64,000 nucleotides of DNA from NCBI GenBank assembly GCA_038116985.1, contig JAYOEZ010000007.1:624-64623 (forward strand), given 5' to 3'. Made by a program: the position numbers and the translations under genes. The notes beneath the pieces were generated by a model that did not search any database, had not been told where the DNA came from, and was given only the letters and a program-made list of their open reading frames with translations. The stretch is from Alphaproteobacteria bacterium (GTDB taxonomy: Bacteria; Pseudomonadota; Alphaproteobacteria; SHVP01). Shown one piece after another: positions 45,344 to 54,796 of the stretch. Position 1 is the first letter of the stretch. Every line of letters begins with the position of its first letter.

Positions 45344-46272
45344 TGGTAGCCGCCGGCAAGGGTGAACACCTCGCCGCCCATGCCGAGCTTGAAGCGCGCG
45401 ACGCCCGCGGCGGTCGTCGTGTCGATTCCGCCGAGGTCGAACCAACGCACCTCGCGCTTTTTCAGTGTTTGCATCGCACGCCATAGTACGGCGTTCTGCG
45501 CGCTCACGGCACGCCCCTCCGGTCCCGACCAGCCCGCGTAATAGGTGGCGCTCTGTCCATGGCGGATCACAAGGGCGGCGGCGAGCAACGCCTTGGCGCG
45601 ATAGGCGCTCACCACCATCACGTCCTCGCGCACGCCGGTGCCCTCGGCCACGGCCTGGATGAACTTGCCGTCCGGACCGCGGTAGCGCCGCTTGCGTCGG
45701 TAGCCGTCGGCATGCTCCAGCAGCGAGTCGAGATCCTGACCGCCGTGGGAAAGGCGGATCGACAGACCGGCGCCTTCGGCCGCCCGCAGCTTGCTGCGCC
45801 ACCGTGCCGTCATCGCCGCGCGCAATCTGTCTTCGTCCGCCGACAGATCGATCCATGCCGAGTGATACCCGGTCACGACGCGCCGTGACCCGGTCTGCCG
45901 CATGGCGCCGCGCGCGTCGCTGCCTTCGAGAAGTTCCGGCGTCCAATATAGAAAGCGCAACCGGACGCCGGCGTACCGCTTGCGAAGATGAATGAGGATC
46001 GGCTGTTTCGCCGCGTGGTCCACTCCGGCAACCCAGAGCGGCCCCCGAACGATCTGCGTCACCGTCGCGACGCCGAGGAAGCGCCGCGTGAATGCCTGAA
46101 CCAGTCCGATGCGACGATCCGTGTCGACGACGACGCCGCGTTCGACCGTGAATCGATTCCGTTCGGAAGCAACGCCGTAGCCCCAACTCTGCTCCAGGCT
46201 CGACTTGCCGCACGCGGACAGAATGTCTCGCCACTCGGCTTCCGAGGCCTGATTCCAGAGGATTTCCGTCAT
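45340..46272 (-). CDS. FemAB-like / BioF2-like GNAT acyl(aminoacyl)transferase
   Basis: 310 aa from ATG 46272. SLEQSWGYG, RGPLW, ATYYAGWS, FDLGG...FKLGMGG fit the FemAB-family fold pattern. The extension to 46692 is not protein-like. Confidence 0.65.
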   Translation of the reverse strand: MTEILWNQASEAEWRDILSACGKSSLEQSWGYGVASERNRFTVERGVVVDTDRRIGLVQAFTRRFLGVATVTQIVRGPLWVAGVDHAAKQPILIHLRKRYAGVRLRFLYWTPELLEGSDARGAMRQTGSRRVVTGYHSAWIDLSADEDRLRAAMTARWRSKLRAAEGAGLSIRLSHGGQDLDSLLEHADGYRRKRRYRGPDGKFIQAVAEGTGVREDVMVVSAYRAKALLAAALVIRHGQSATYYAGWSGPEGRAVSAQNAVLWRAMQTLKKREVRWFDLGGIDTTTAAGVARFKLGMGGEVFTLAGGYQ

Positions 46273-46299
46273 CGTGCGCGGCTGGGCTCCACATCGACG

Positions 46300-46518
46300 A
46301 TGGGATACCGTCACGGGATGCAGTTGTTCCGCAAGTCCCGCCCGGTCAGTGGATACGATCTTCCCGGGCGCAGGTTCACCATCTGGGCGCTCTACTACTT
46401 TCTTGTGTACTTCGCCCTGCCGCTGATGGCTACTGCGCTTGTTCTGGACGGTCTGCTCTATGCGTTCTTCAAGTACTACTACGAAGTCTGCTTCGGCGTT
46501 TTCTGCGTGTTCGAGTGA
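46300..46518 (+). CDS. 72-aa membrane protein (Tyr/Phe-rich hairpin)
   Basis: MGYRHGMQLF...TIWALYYFLVYFALPLMATALVLDGLLYAFFKYYYEVCFGVFCVFE. Its stop overlaps the GTG of the next gene (GTGA). Confidence 0.45.
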   Translation: MGYRHGMQLFRKSRPVSGYDLPGRRFTIWALYYFLVYFALPLMATALVLDGLLYAFFKYYYEVCFGVFCVFE

Positions 46519-47183
46519 GGCGTGACGTGACGTGTTTTGTCGGCAGAACGGCCATCGTGACGGGCGCGCACACCCCGGTCGGGGCGGCCTGCGTCGAGCG
46601 TCTTGCCGGGGAAGGCGCAACCGTGATCGCGGCCGGTTCGAAAGCGATCCCTGCTGCGGCGATCTCCCTCGAACACGACGGCACAGAGGCATCTTGGCAG
46701 GCGTTGGTCGCGGAATCGGAACGACGCGGCGGCCTGCATGTCCTCGTCAATGCCGAAGCTGCCCCGCTCCAACGAGCGTTTCTCGATACCGGGCTCGAAG
46801 AGGTGCGAACCTTGAGCCGGACCAACGCGGTGTCGGCGTGGTTGGGCATGAGGACCGCGGTCCCGGCGCTGCGTGCGGGCAGTGGCGGCTATATCGTGAA
46901 CGTGGTGCCGAATGCCTCGCGTGCGTCGGATCCGGACTCCCCCGTGTATTCGGCATTGGCGGGAGGACTTCGGATCGCCACCAAATCGGCGGCGCTTGAG
47001 TTCGCAGCGCAGGAACCCCGCGTGGTGGTCAACGCCGTGCTGTTCGGCGCGACGCCGGCAGGCGATCTTGTCCCGGAGGACGTCGCTGCCGCCGTTGCCC
47101 AGCTGGCTTGTGACGAATCGGCCTATGTGACGGGCATGGAGGTCGTCGTCGACGGCGGCGCCAGCATCGGTGTGACACGATGA
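46515..47183 (+). CDS. atypical short SDR lacking the catalytic Lys
   Basis: 222 aa. TAIVTGAHTPVG (degenerate Gly motif). VYSALAGGL occupies the place of YxxxK, so Lys is replaced by Ala. ATGA overlap with the next SDR. Confidence 0.7.
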   Translation: MRRDVTCFVGRTAIVTGAHTPVGAACVERLAGEGATVIAAGSKAIPAAAISLEHDGTEASWQALVAESERRGGLHVLVNAEAAPLQRAFLDTGLEEVRTLSRTNAVSAWLGMRTAVPALRAGSGGYIVNVVPNASRASDPDSPVYSALAGGLRIATKSAALEFAAQEPRVVVNAVLFGATPAGDLVPEDVAAAVAQLACDESAYVTGMEVVVDGGASIGVTR

Positions 47184-47968
47184 GCGGGCGTCTCGACGGA
47201 AAAGTAGCGATTGTCACCGGCGGCACCGGCGCCCTCGGACGAACCTTCGCCCGTGCCTTTGCCGCAGAAGGCGCGCGCGTCGTGGCGACGGGACGCAATA
47301 CGGCGCGTGGCGAAGAAACGGTGCGCCTGATTCAGGATGCCGGCGGCGAGGCCGTGTTCATGCCGCACGACGTCACCGAGGAATCCGACTGGCGCCGCGT
47401 CGTCGATGCCACGACGGAGTCGTCGGGGCGCATCGACGTGTTGATGAACAATGCGGGCGATGCGGTGTTCAAACCGATCGAGGCGCTCACCCTCGATGAC
47501 GTCGACTATCTCATGAAGCTCAACTTTGAGGGGCCGCTTCTAGGGATGCAGGCTGTTATTCCGCGCATGCCCAATGGCGGTGCGATTATCAACATCACGG
47601 TGCTGACGGCCATCGTCGGCGGCGCCGCGAGCACGGCCTACAGCCTTGCAAAGGGAAGTCTCGCGCAGCTTACGCGCGCCGTGGCGCTCGACTGCGCTCG
47701 CCGCGGTACCGGTGTCCGGGTCAACACGATCGTGCCCGGTGTTCTCTTCGAGGGCGGCGTGGTCTCGCCGGGCGCGACGCGGGTACACGGCGGACCGGAC
47801 GGCGCCCGGCGCTTCCAGGAGCGAATCATTGCGAAGACGCCCTTGGGCCGGATCGGCAAGCCCGAGGATGCGGCGCGGGCCGCGGTCTATCTTGCATCCG
47901 ACGCCGCGCGCCACGTGACCGGCATGGACTTCGTCGTCGACGGCGGCCGATTGGCCGGTGGTAACTGA
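47180..47968 (+). CDS. classical SDR family oxidoreductase
   Basis: 262 aa. VAIVTGGTGALG, NNAG, and AYSLAKGSL (YxxxK). Confidence 0.85.
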   Translation: MSGRLDGKVAIVTGGTGALGRTFARAFAAEGARVVATGRNTARGEETVRLIQDAGGEAVFMPHDVTEESDWRRVVDATTESSGRIDVLMNNAGDAVFKPIEALTLDDVDYLMKLNFEGPLLGMQAVIPRMPNGGAIINITVLTAIVGGAASTAYSLAKGSLAQLTRAVALDCARRGTGVRVNTIVPGVLFEGGVVSPGATRVHGGPDGARRFQERIIAKTPLGRIGKPEDAARAAVYLASDAARHVTGMDFVVDGGRLAGGN

Positions 47969-48009
47969 GTGCCGCGTGCTCGCCGCGTAGTGCCCGCGTC
48001 GGGAACGCC

Positions 48010-49245
48010 ATGAGCCGACCGAGTATCGCCGAGGTGCGTGGCCTCGCGGGCACGCGCATGTTCGTGGCCGGCCTCGTCGCGACGACGTCCGTCGGCCCCA
48101 TGGCGATGCAGCTCTTCGTACCGTCGCTGCCCTTCATGGCGAACGATCTGGCTGCGCCCATCGACGTGGCCCAGCTTGCGCTGAGTTTGTCGATGGCCGT
48201 GATCGCTTTCGCCAACCTCGTCTATGGGCCGCTCTCGGACCGCTTCGGGCGGCGCCCGCTGCTCCTCGTGGGCCTTGCGCTGTTCCTCGTCGGGACGGTG
48301 GTCGCGGCGCTCGCGCAAAGCGTCGAAATGCTCATTGTCGGCCGCATTATCCAGGCCGGAGGCAGTGCATCCGGCATGGTTCTCAGCCGGGCCATGGTTC
48401 GCGACGTGTATGGCCCCGAACGCGCCGCCTCGATGATCGCCTACCTCACCGTGGCGATGCTCGCCGCGCCTTATGTCGCCTTGATCATCGGCGGCGCGCT
48501 GACCGACAACGTCGGCTGGCGCGCGGCGTTGTGGTTCGCATTCGTCGTCGGCGCGCTCGTAACGGCGCTGGCCTTCAGGACCCTTGCCGAGACCCACCAC
48601 GGAGAATGCGTCGGCATTTCGCCGGTCGTTCTCGCGCGCAACTACAGGCGTCTCTTTGCGTCGCTCGATTTCAGCAGCTACGTCCTGCACACCGCGTTCG
48701 CCGCCGGCACGTTCTTCGCGTTCATGGCGGGTGCGCCCTACCTCATGGTCGACGTTCTGGGCCGGCCGGCGATCGAGTTCAGCCTGTGGTTCGCACTGCT
48801 TACCTTCACGTTCATGGCGGCTAACTATGTCGCCGGAAAGGTGTCGAGCCGCATCGGCCTCGATCGCATGGTCATGGTGGGAAGCGCCTTCTCGCTCTCC
48901 GGCGGAATCCTGTTTCTGGTCATGGTGGGGTCGTTCGGTCTTTCGCCGCTGACGCTGTTCCTCCCGAATGCGCTGGTCGGCATCGGGCAAGGGATCTCGA
49001 TGCCGAACGCCCAGGCGGGCGCGATCAACATTGATCCCAAGCTTGCAGGCACCGCATCCGGCCTGCTGGCGTTCGCCACCATGGGTATGGGCGCGGTGTT
49101 CTCGCAGATCGTCGGCGAACTCGCCGATGGGACCGCGGCGCCGCTGGCCTGGGCCATCCTGGCCGGCGCCGTCGCGGCGGTCGTGTTCGGCGCCCTGCCC
49201 GCGTGGCGTCGCCGCGGAGCGGTCGGCCTGAATGAGATTTCTTAG
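48010..49245 (+). CDS. MFS transporter (Bcr/CflA drug-resistance subfamily-like)
   Basis: 411 aa with 12 TM. GPLSDRFGRRPLLL is MFS motif A. Confidence 0.85.
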   Translation: MSRPSIAEVRGLAGTRMFVAGLVATTSVGPMAMQLFVPSLPFMANDLAAPIDVAQLALSLSMAVIAFANLVYGPLSDRFGRRPLLLVGLALFLVGTVVAALAQSVEMLIVGRIIQAGGSASGMVLSRAMVRDVYGPERAASMIAYLTVAMLAAPYVALIIGGALTDNVGWRAALWFAFVVGALVTALAFRTLAETHHGECVGISPVVLARNYRRLFASLDFSSYVLHTAFAAGTFFAFMAGAPYLMVDVLGRPAIEFSLWFALLTFTFMAANYVAGKVSSRIGLDRMVMVGSAFSLSGGILFLVMVGSFGLSPLTLFLPNALVGIGQGISMPNAQAGAINIDPKLAGTASGLLAFATMGMGAVFSQIVGELADGTAAPLAWAILAGAVAAVVFGALPAWRRRGAVGLNEIS

Positions 49246-49372
49246 TGATTTCAGTTGGTTAGAGAAAGGAAACCCCTGAGGATTCGGGGAATCGACAGAG
49301 CTCCGGGGCGGCAATAGAGTCGCTCAATAACCACTAAAGATTGAAAAGAAACAAGAAGCTTCGCGTCGAGTA

Positions 49373-50086
49373 ATGGCATCCAGGGTCGATCGTAAGCGCA
49401 ATCCGGTGATCGAGGACGGGTTCCGTCGGGAGGATTTTACCGAGGAACGGATCGAACAGATTCGTCGTTCGATCCCGATTCCGGCCGGCTTCGAGATTCT
49501 GGATCAGGAGACACGCGAAGCCAGCCGGCTGTCCGCGCTGTCCGAGATTGCCGACGGAGAGAGCATCTGGGTATTCGGCTACGGCTCCCTGATGTGGAAC
49601 CCGGCCTTTCACTACGCCGAGCGGCTGCCGGGCACGATCTACGGCTGGCACCGGAGCTTCTGCCTTTCCGCGCCGGTCGGTCGCGGCAGCGAAGATCGAC
49701 CCGGTTTGATGCTGGCGCTCGATCGCGGCGGCTCCTGTCGCGGTTTCGCGTTCCGGATCGTTCCTGACGAGGTCAAGAGCGAAACCCGCATCCTGTGGCG
49801 CCGGGAGATGATCTCCGGCGGCTATGTGCCGCGCTGGGTGCATGCGCGTACCGGGACGCGCACGATCAGAGCGCTCACCTTCACCGCCAACCGGCAGCAC
49901 CCGCGCTATGTCGGGCGTCTGCCGTTGAACGATGCGGTGCGGGCGCTTGCCACCGCCGAAGGGCCCCTCGGGCGTGCCCGCGACTATCTCCACAACACCG
50001 TGGTGCACATGGACGAGCTTGGCGTCGCCGACGGCCACCTGCACCGGCTTCTGGATCTGGTCGAGTCGTTTCCGCACGACGCCTAG
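49373..50086 (+). CDS. chaC: gamma-glutamylcyclotransferase, ChaC family
   Basis: 237 aa. VFGYGSLMWNP and WHRSFC are ChaC/GGCT hallmarks. About 65-aa N-terminal extension. Confidence 0.75.
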   Translation: MASRVDRKRNPVIEDGFRREDFTEERIEQIRRSIPIPAGFEILDQETREASRLSALSEIADGESIWVFGYGSLMWNPAFHYAERLPGTIYGWHRSFCLSAPVGRGSEDRPGLMLALDRGGSCRGFAFRIVPDEVKSETRILWRREMISGGYVPRWVHARTGTRTIRALTFTANRQHPRYVGRLPLNDAVRALATAEGPLGRARDYLHNTVVHMDELGVADGHLHRLLDLVESFPHDA

Positions 50087-50162
50087 CGAGGCGCGGTAGA
50101 CCGGCAGCATGCTAGGCTGCCGCCATGTTTGACCGGTTTCGCTCCCACATGTTGCGCGTGCC

Positions 50163-51311
50163 ATGACCGAGAAGGTTGATGTCGTCGTCATCGGCGGCGG
50201 AATCCTCGGCGTTGCGACGGCCTTCGAACTCGCGGCGCTGGACCGTTCCGTGATCTTGCTGGAGGGCAGCAGGCTCGCGTCGGGAACGACCGGCGCCAGC
50301 TTCGCTTGGCTCAACGCCACGGCAAAGGCCGATGACGCGCACTACCACCGGCTCAATGCCGCGGGGCTCCAGCGACACCTGGAACTCGCCGCTCGCTGGG
50401 GAGAACGTCCGGCCGGTCTGGCCGGCGCGGGTTCACTCCACTGGAGCCATCCCGGTGCCGACGACGGCGGACCCGAAGAGGTGCTCGCGCGGGCGACGAC
50501 GCTGGCGGACTGGAACTATCCGGTCGTCCCGTTGGAACGGCGCGAACTCGCGGCGCTCGAACCCTATATCGACTTCCCCGAGGGAAGCGCCGGTTTCCTC
50601 GCGCCGCGCGATCGCTGGCTCGATGCGCCGGCATTCGTGCGCCGCATGGCGGATGAGGCCGCCATGCAGGGCGCCGACATCCGCGAGAGCGCGGCCGTCA
50701 CCGAGTTCGTGTTCGAAGGTGATCGCGTCATCGGAGTCGAGGCGCCGCCGTTTCGCATCATCGCGCAGCATGTGGTGGTGACGGCAGGCACCGCGCTACC
50801 GTCACTCGTGGCGCTGGCGCGTCGCAGCCTGAAGCGCACCCTGTCGTTCCAGGCCGTGCCGGGACTGCTGGTTGACACGGAACCGCAAGAACGCGAATGG
50901 CTTCGGCACGTCGTCTACTTCCCCGACGGCGCCGGCTTTCACATGCGGCCCGCAGGGCGCGGCGCGTTGTCCCTCGGCGCCGACGACATCGACGCCCGGC
51001 ATGGCCGCGAGAGCGCCGATCTGACCGTCGGCGTGACTGCCCTTCTGCAGCGGGCGTCCGTGTTCATGCCCGGCTTTCCGGCGCTCAGGCTCGTCGCCGG
51101 TGTCCATTCGCGGATCGGCGTTCGGCCCATGCCGGGCGACGGCCTGCCCATCGTTGGACCGCTGCCCGACGTACCCGACGTTTATGTTGCGGCGACCCAC
51201 TCGGGCATTACCCTTGGGCCCTACCTCGGGCAGCTGATCGCGCGCGAGATCGCCCTCGGTGAATCGGCCGACGAACTCGCACCTTATCGCCCGGCCCGTT
51301 TTGAGGATTGA
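50163..51311 (+). CDS. FAD-dependent oxidoreductase (DAO / amino-acid or sarcosine oxidase beta-like)
   Basis: 382 aa. VVVIGGGILGVATAFEL (GxGxxG) and the DAO-family C-terminal pattern HSGITLGP. Confidence 0.8.
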   Translation: MTEKVDVVVIGGGILGVATAFELAALDRSVILLEGSRLASGTTGASFAWLNATAKADDAHYHRLNAAGLQRHLELAARWGERPAGLAGAGSLHWSHPGADDGGPEEVLARATTLADWNYPVVPLERRELAALEPYIDFPEGSAGFLAPRDRWLDAPAFVRRMADEAAMQGADIRESAAVTEFVFEGDRVIGVEAPPFRIIAQHVVVTAGTALPSLVALARRSLKRTLSFQAVPGLLVDTEPQEREWLRHVVYFPDGAGFHMRPAGRGALSLGADDIDARHGRESADLTVGVTALLQRASVFMPGFPALRLVAGVHSRIGVRPMPGDGLPIVGPLPDVPDVYVAATHSGITLGPYLGQLIAREIALGESADELAPYRPARFED

Positions 51312-51329
51312 ACCGCGCGGAGGCGCCTT

Positions 51330-52127
51330 GTGAACGATGCAACGAACGAACCCGTCCTGCTCCGGGAGTCCCTCGGTGACGGAATTCTCCGGCTGACGCT
51401 CAACCGGCCGAGGGCGGCCAACAGCCTGAGCCACGAACTGGTGGGCGCGTTGCACGATGCCTTCACGCAGGTCGCCCATGACCGGGACGTCCGTGTCGTG
51501 ATCCTGGCGGGTGCCGGGAAGAACTTCTGTGCCGGCCACGACCTGAACGAGTCGATCGCTGCGGCCAAGGATCCCGCCAGCAAGCGTGCCGCCAACATCG
51601 AGGCGAGCGCGATGATCATGGCCATGCGGCACTGCCCAAAGCCGATCATCGCCCGGGTACATGGCGTGGCGACCGCGGCCGGCTGCCAGCTGGCCGCGAG
51701 TTGCGACCTGGTCTTCGCCACCGCGGACGCGCGTTTTGCGACTCCGGGTGTCAACATCGGCCTGTGGTGTCTCGCGCCCCAGGTCGCGGTCAGCCGTTCC
51801 ATCGCGCCCAAGCACGCGATGCAGATGCTGCTCACCGGAAAGATGATCGACGCCGAAGCCGCGGTGCGTTTCGGCCTTGTGAACGAAGCCGTCGCCGCCG
51901 AGTCCCTGGATGATCGCATCATGGAGATTGCGCGCGAGGTGGCGTCCAAGTCCACCCACGCCGTCGCCATGGGCAAGGACAGCTTCTATCGGCAGCTCGA
52001 AATGGATGAAGTCGATGCCTACGCGATGGTGGACGAACTGATTTACCGCGCCATTCAGTCTGAGGACGCGCAAGAAGGGATTGCCGCGTTCCTCGAAAAG
52101 AGAAGCCCTGCATGGAAGGATCGTTAG
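51330..52127 (+). CDS. enoyl-CoA hydratase/isomerase (crotonase) family protein
   Basis: 265 aa with GTG start. LTLNRPRAANSL, VILAGAGKNFCAGHDL, and GVATAAGCQLAASCDL. Confidence 0.85.
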   Translation: MNDATNEPVLLRESLGDGILRLTLNRPRAANSLSHELVGALHDAFTQVAHDRDVRVVILAGAGKNFCAGHDLNESIAAAKDPASKRAANIEASAMIMAMRHCPKPIIARVHGVATAAGCQLAASCDLVFATADARFATPGVNIGLWCLAPQVAVSRSIAPKHAMQMLLTGKMIDAEAAVRFGLVNEAVAAESLDDRIMEIAREVASKSTHAVAMGKDSFYRQLEMDEVDAYAMVDELIYRAIQSEDAQEGIAAFLEKRSPAWKDR

Positions 52128-52131
52128 AGCG

Positions 52132-52995
52132 ATGACCCAGATCGACGCCACGCCGGAGGTGACCTTCCGTCGTCCTGCCGCCGGCAACTTCCTCGACAAT
52201 CCGCGCGGCTTCTGCCAGCACTATCTGGACTGGTCCGGGAGCGAGCCGCCGATCGTCCTGCTCCACCCCAAGCGCAGCAACGCCCGCCACTGGGATCACA
52301 TGGTCGACGCCCTGGCGTCGCCCAACCGCGTACTCGCGCCCGACGCCCGCGGGCACGGGCTCAGCGACTATCCCGACAGCGGTTATCGCGTGCCCGAACT
52401 TGCCGAGGACGTCGTCGCGTTCCTCGACACCGCGGGCATTGCCCGTGCGGTCTTCGTCGGCGGCGCGACGGGCGGCAACCTGTGCATCTGGCTGGCCGCC
52501 AACCGGCCGGACCGGGTCGCCGGCATCTGCGTCGTCGATCCCGGCATGTCCGTACCAAAGGAGATCGCCGACGAAGTCATTCGCCAGACCCGCGAAGAGC
52601 ACGACTTCCCGGACTTCGCCACCGCCAAGGCGTCGATGCATTTCCAGGACCTGTGGAGCCCGGAGGTGCGCGACCACTACGCCGCGCACAGCTTCCGCGA
52701 GCGCGACGACGGGCGCTGGGCATGGCGCTATGCGGCCGCGCCGGCGCGCACGATCGCGGCCTCGCTCGACGAGGATTCGGTCTGGGACATGGCGGCAGAC
52801 GTGAAGTGCCCCACGGTGCTGGTGCGCGGCGCCACCTCGGCGGTGTTCACCGACGCGCATATGGCGCGTCTCGTCGGGCTGGTCCCGCACGCGCGCGTGG
52901 TTCATCTCGACAAGGCCGAACATACGCCGGCCCAGGAGAACCCGGCCGGCATGGCGGCGGTGGTGGACGACCTCGTTTCTTCGATTGCCGGCTAG
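52132..52995 (+). CDS. alpha/beta-fold protein with atypical elbow G-G-A-T-G-G
   Basis: 287 aa from ATG 52132. IVLLHPKRSNARHW, PDARGHGLSD, FVGGATGGNLCIWLA, VRGATSAVF and KAEHTPAQENP. Paralog of 16180..17016. Confidence 0.8.
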   Translation: MTQIDATPEVTFRRPAAGNFLDNPRGFCQHYLDWSGSEPPIVLLHPKRSNARHWDHMVDALASPNRVLAPDARGHGLSDYPDSGYRVPELAEDVVAFLDTAGIARAVFVGGATGGNLCIWLAANRPDRVAGICVVDPGMSVPKEIADEVIRQTREEHDFPDFATAKASMHFQDLWSPEVRDHYAAHSFRERDDGRWAWRYAAAPARTIAASLDEDSVWDMAADVKCPTVLVRGATSAVFTDAHMARLVGLVPHARVVHLDKAEHTPAQENPAGMAAVVDDLVSSIAG

Positions 52996-53097
52996 TTCAC
53001 GCAACGGGCGCGCGGGACACGCACGCCTGACAATCCGGCTGCGTTGTGGCGCTCTAGGCGCAGCGATGCCTCGCTCAATGAAAGAAGGGAACTCGGC

Positions 53098-53850
53098 ATG
53101 ACGGACGTCCTCGGCTACCGCGCCAAGATCGGCTTGATGGTGCCGTTCACCAACACCAGCGTGCAGCCGGAATTCGAGGCCATCACGCCGGTCGGCGTGA
53201 CCAACCACACGGCGCGCATTCCCAACCGGCCGCGGCCGACCCACAGCGACGAAGCCTATGCCAAGGTGCTGGAGGAGGGGGCGGTCGGCACCGAAGAGGT
53301 GATCGACCGGCTGACCCCGGCCGAGCCCCAGGCCATCATTCTCGGCCACTCCATCGATTCGTTTCGCGGTGGGCTCGAAGGCGGCACAGCCCTGCAGGAA
53401 CGCCTGACGAAACACGCCAGGATCTGCCCCGTGATCGTGCCTTCGCTTGCCCTCAAGAAAGCCGTCGAGGTGCTGGCCGCGCCCGGCTGCCGGGTCTCGG
53501 TCATCACGCCCTACATGACGCCCGGCGGCGACCAGGCCTGCGGCTTCATGGAGAGCGCAGGCTTCAAGCTGATGCGGCGAAAGGACTTCAAGTGCCAGTC
53601 GGCGATCGCGATCGCCGAGGTCACCGAAGACGAGAGCCGTGACGCCATTCGCGAGGTCGACGGCGACGATGTCGACGCCATCGTTCAGTGCGGCACCAAC
53701 CTCGCGTTCCAGCGTGTCGCCGCGGAAGCCGAGCTCTTCCTGCGCAAGCCGGTGCTGTCGATCAACACCGCGACCTACTGGGCCACGCTCCGCCATCTCG
53801 GCATCGACGACAAGCTCAAGGGCTTCGGCACCCTTCTCGAGAAGCACTGA
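53098..53850 (+). CDS. Asp/Glu-racemase superfamily protein (maleate isomerase / arylmalonate decarboxylase-like), single catalytic Cys
   Basis: 250 aa from ATG 53098. IGLMVPFTNTSVQPE and VQCGTNL. The position of the first catalytic Cys of isomerases and racemases appears to read GHSIDS. Confidence 0.65.
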   Translation: MTDVLGYRAKIGLMVPFTNTSVQPEFEAITPVGVTNHTARIPNRPRPTHSDEAYAKVLEEGAVGTEEVIDRLTPAEPQAIILGHSIDSFRGGLEGGTALQERLTKHARICPVIVPSLALKKAVEVLAAPGCRVSVITPYMTPGGDQACGFMESAGFKLMRRKDFKCQSAIAIAEVTEDESRDAIREVDGDDVDAIVQCGTNLAFQRVAAEAELFLRKPVLSINTATYWATLRHLGIDDKLKGFGTLLEKH

Positions 53851-54710
53851 TGACGACCGGGCGCGGCGGTTACGTCGCGACGCGGCACGGGCAAGTTCAC
53901 TTTCGCGAGCTCGGCACGGGCGCGCCGCTCGTTCTCCTGCACGCCACCCCGCGCTCTTCGCGCGTCTATCGCCGGCTCGCGCCGCACCTGGCCGCGCGCC
54001 ACCGCGTCGTGATGCCCGACAATCTCGGTTTCGGGGAATCCGGTCCGCTGCCGCCCGGCGCAACGATGGAAATGCTGGCGGAAGCGATCGCCGACCTGAT
54101 CGACGACCTCGGCATCGGCCCGGTGCCGGTGTTCGGGCTCCACACCGGCAACAAGATCGGCGCGTCGCTGGCCGCCGACTGCCCCGACCGCGTATCGCGC
54201 TTCATCTGCTGCGGCATGACCCACAGCATCGTGGTCGACCGCGCCAAGCGCGATGCCGCGATCCGCGACATCGTCGAAAAGTACTTCGCCAAGGAAGAGG
54301 AATCCGCTGACGGCGCGCACCTACTGCGCGGCTGGGCCAGAACCTTCGAGGGCGTCTCGCGCACCTGGTGGTCGCCTGACGTGACCGACGCGGCGCCCCT
54401 GACCGAGGCCGCGCTCGAGTACGCGGCAGACGAGGTGCTCGACCGCATTCAGGCCCGGGCGTCCTTCGATGCGGTGTACCGTGCCAATTTCGCCTTCGAC
54501 CTGGCCGACGCACTGGGACGCGTTATTGCGCCCACGCTCATCCTTGAACTTGCGACGCCCGGCGAGGCGCATCTCGGGGCCCAGGCCGACGCCTGCGCCG
54601 CGCTCATGCGCGATGCCGCGACCCTCGTTCTCGAAGCCTCAGATCGGGACGTGCTCGAGCGCCACCCCGAACGCCTGGCCACGGCGATCCTCGACTTCCT
54701 CGCGTCATAG
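53850..54710 (+). CDS. single-domain alpha/beta-fold protein with G-L-H-T-G elbow
   Basis: 286 aa. The ATG overlaps the upstream stop (TGATG). LVLLHATPRSS, MPDNLGFGES and VFGLHTGNKIGASLA. Same family as the tandem-domain proteins at 17-29 kb. Confidence 0.8.
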   Translation: MTTGRGGYVATRHGQVHFRELGTGAPLVLLHATPRSSRVYRRLAPHLAARHRVVMPDNLGFGESGPLPPGATMEMLAEAIADLIDDLGIGPVPVFGLHTGNKIGASLAADCPDRVSRFICCGMTHSIVVDRAKRDAAIRDIVEKYFAKEEESADGAHLLRGWARTFEGVSRTWWSPDVTDAAPLTEAALEYAADEVLDRIQARASFDAVYRANFAFDLADALGRVIAPTLILELATPGEAHLGAQADACAALMRDAATLVLEASDRDVLERHPERLATAILDFLAS

Positions 54711-54796
54711 CCGCGCCGACCGGACCTCCCAAGACCACGCCACGATCGGCCCGCCACCATGTTGGCGAGCCCGCGCCCGTCGGGTAGGTTCCCCGC

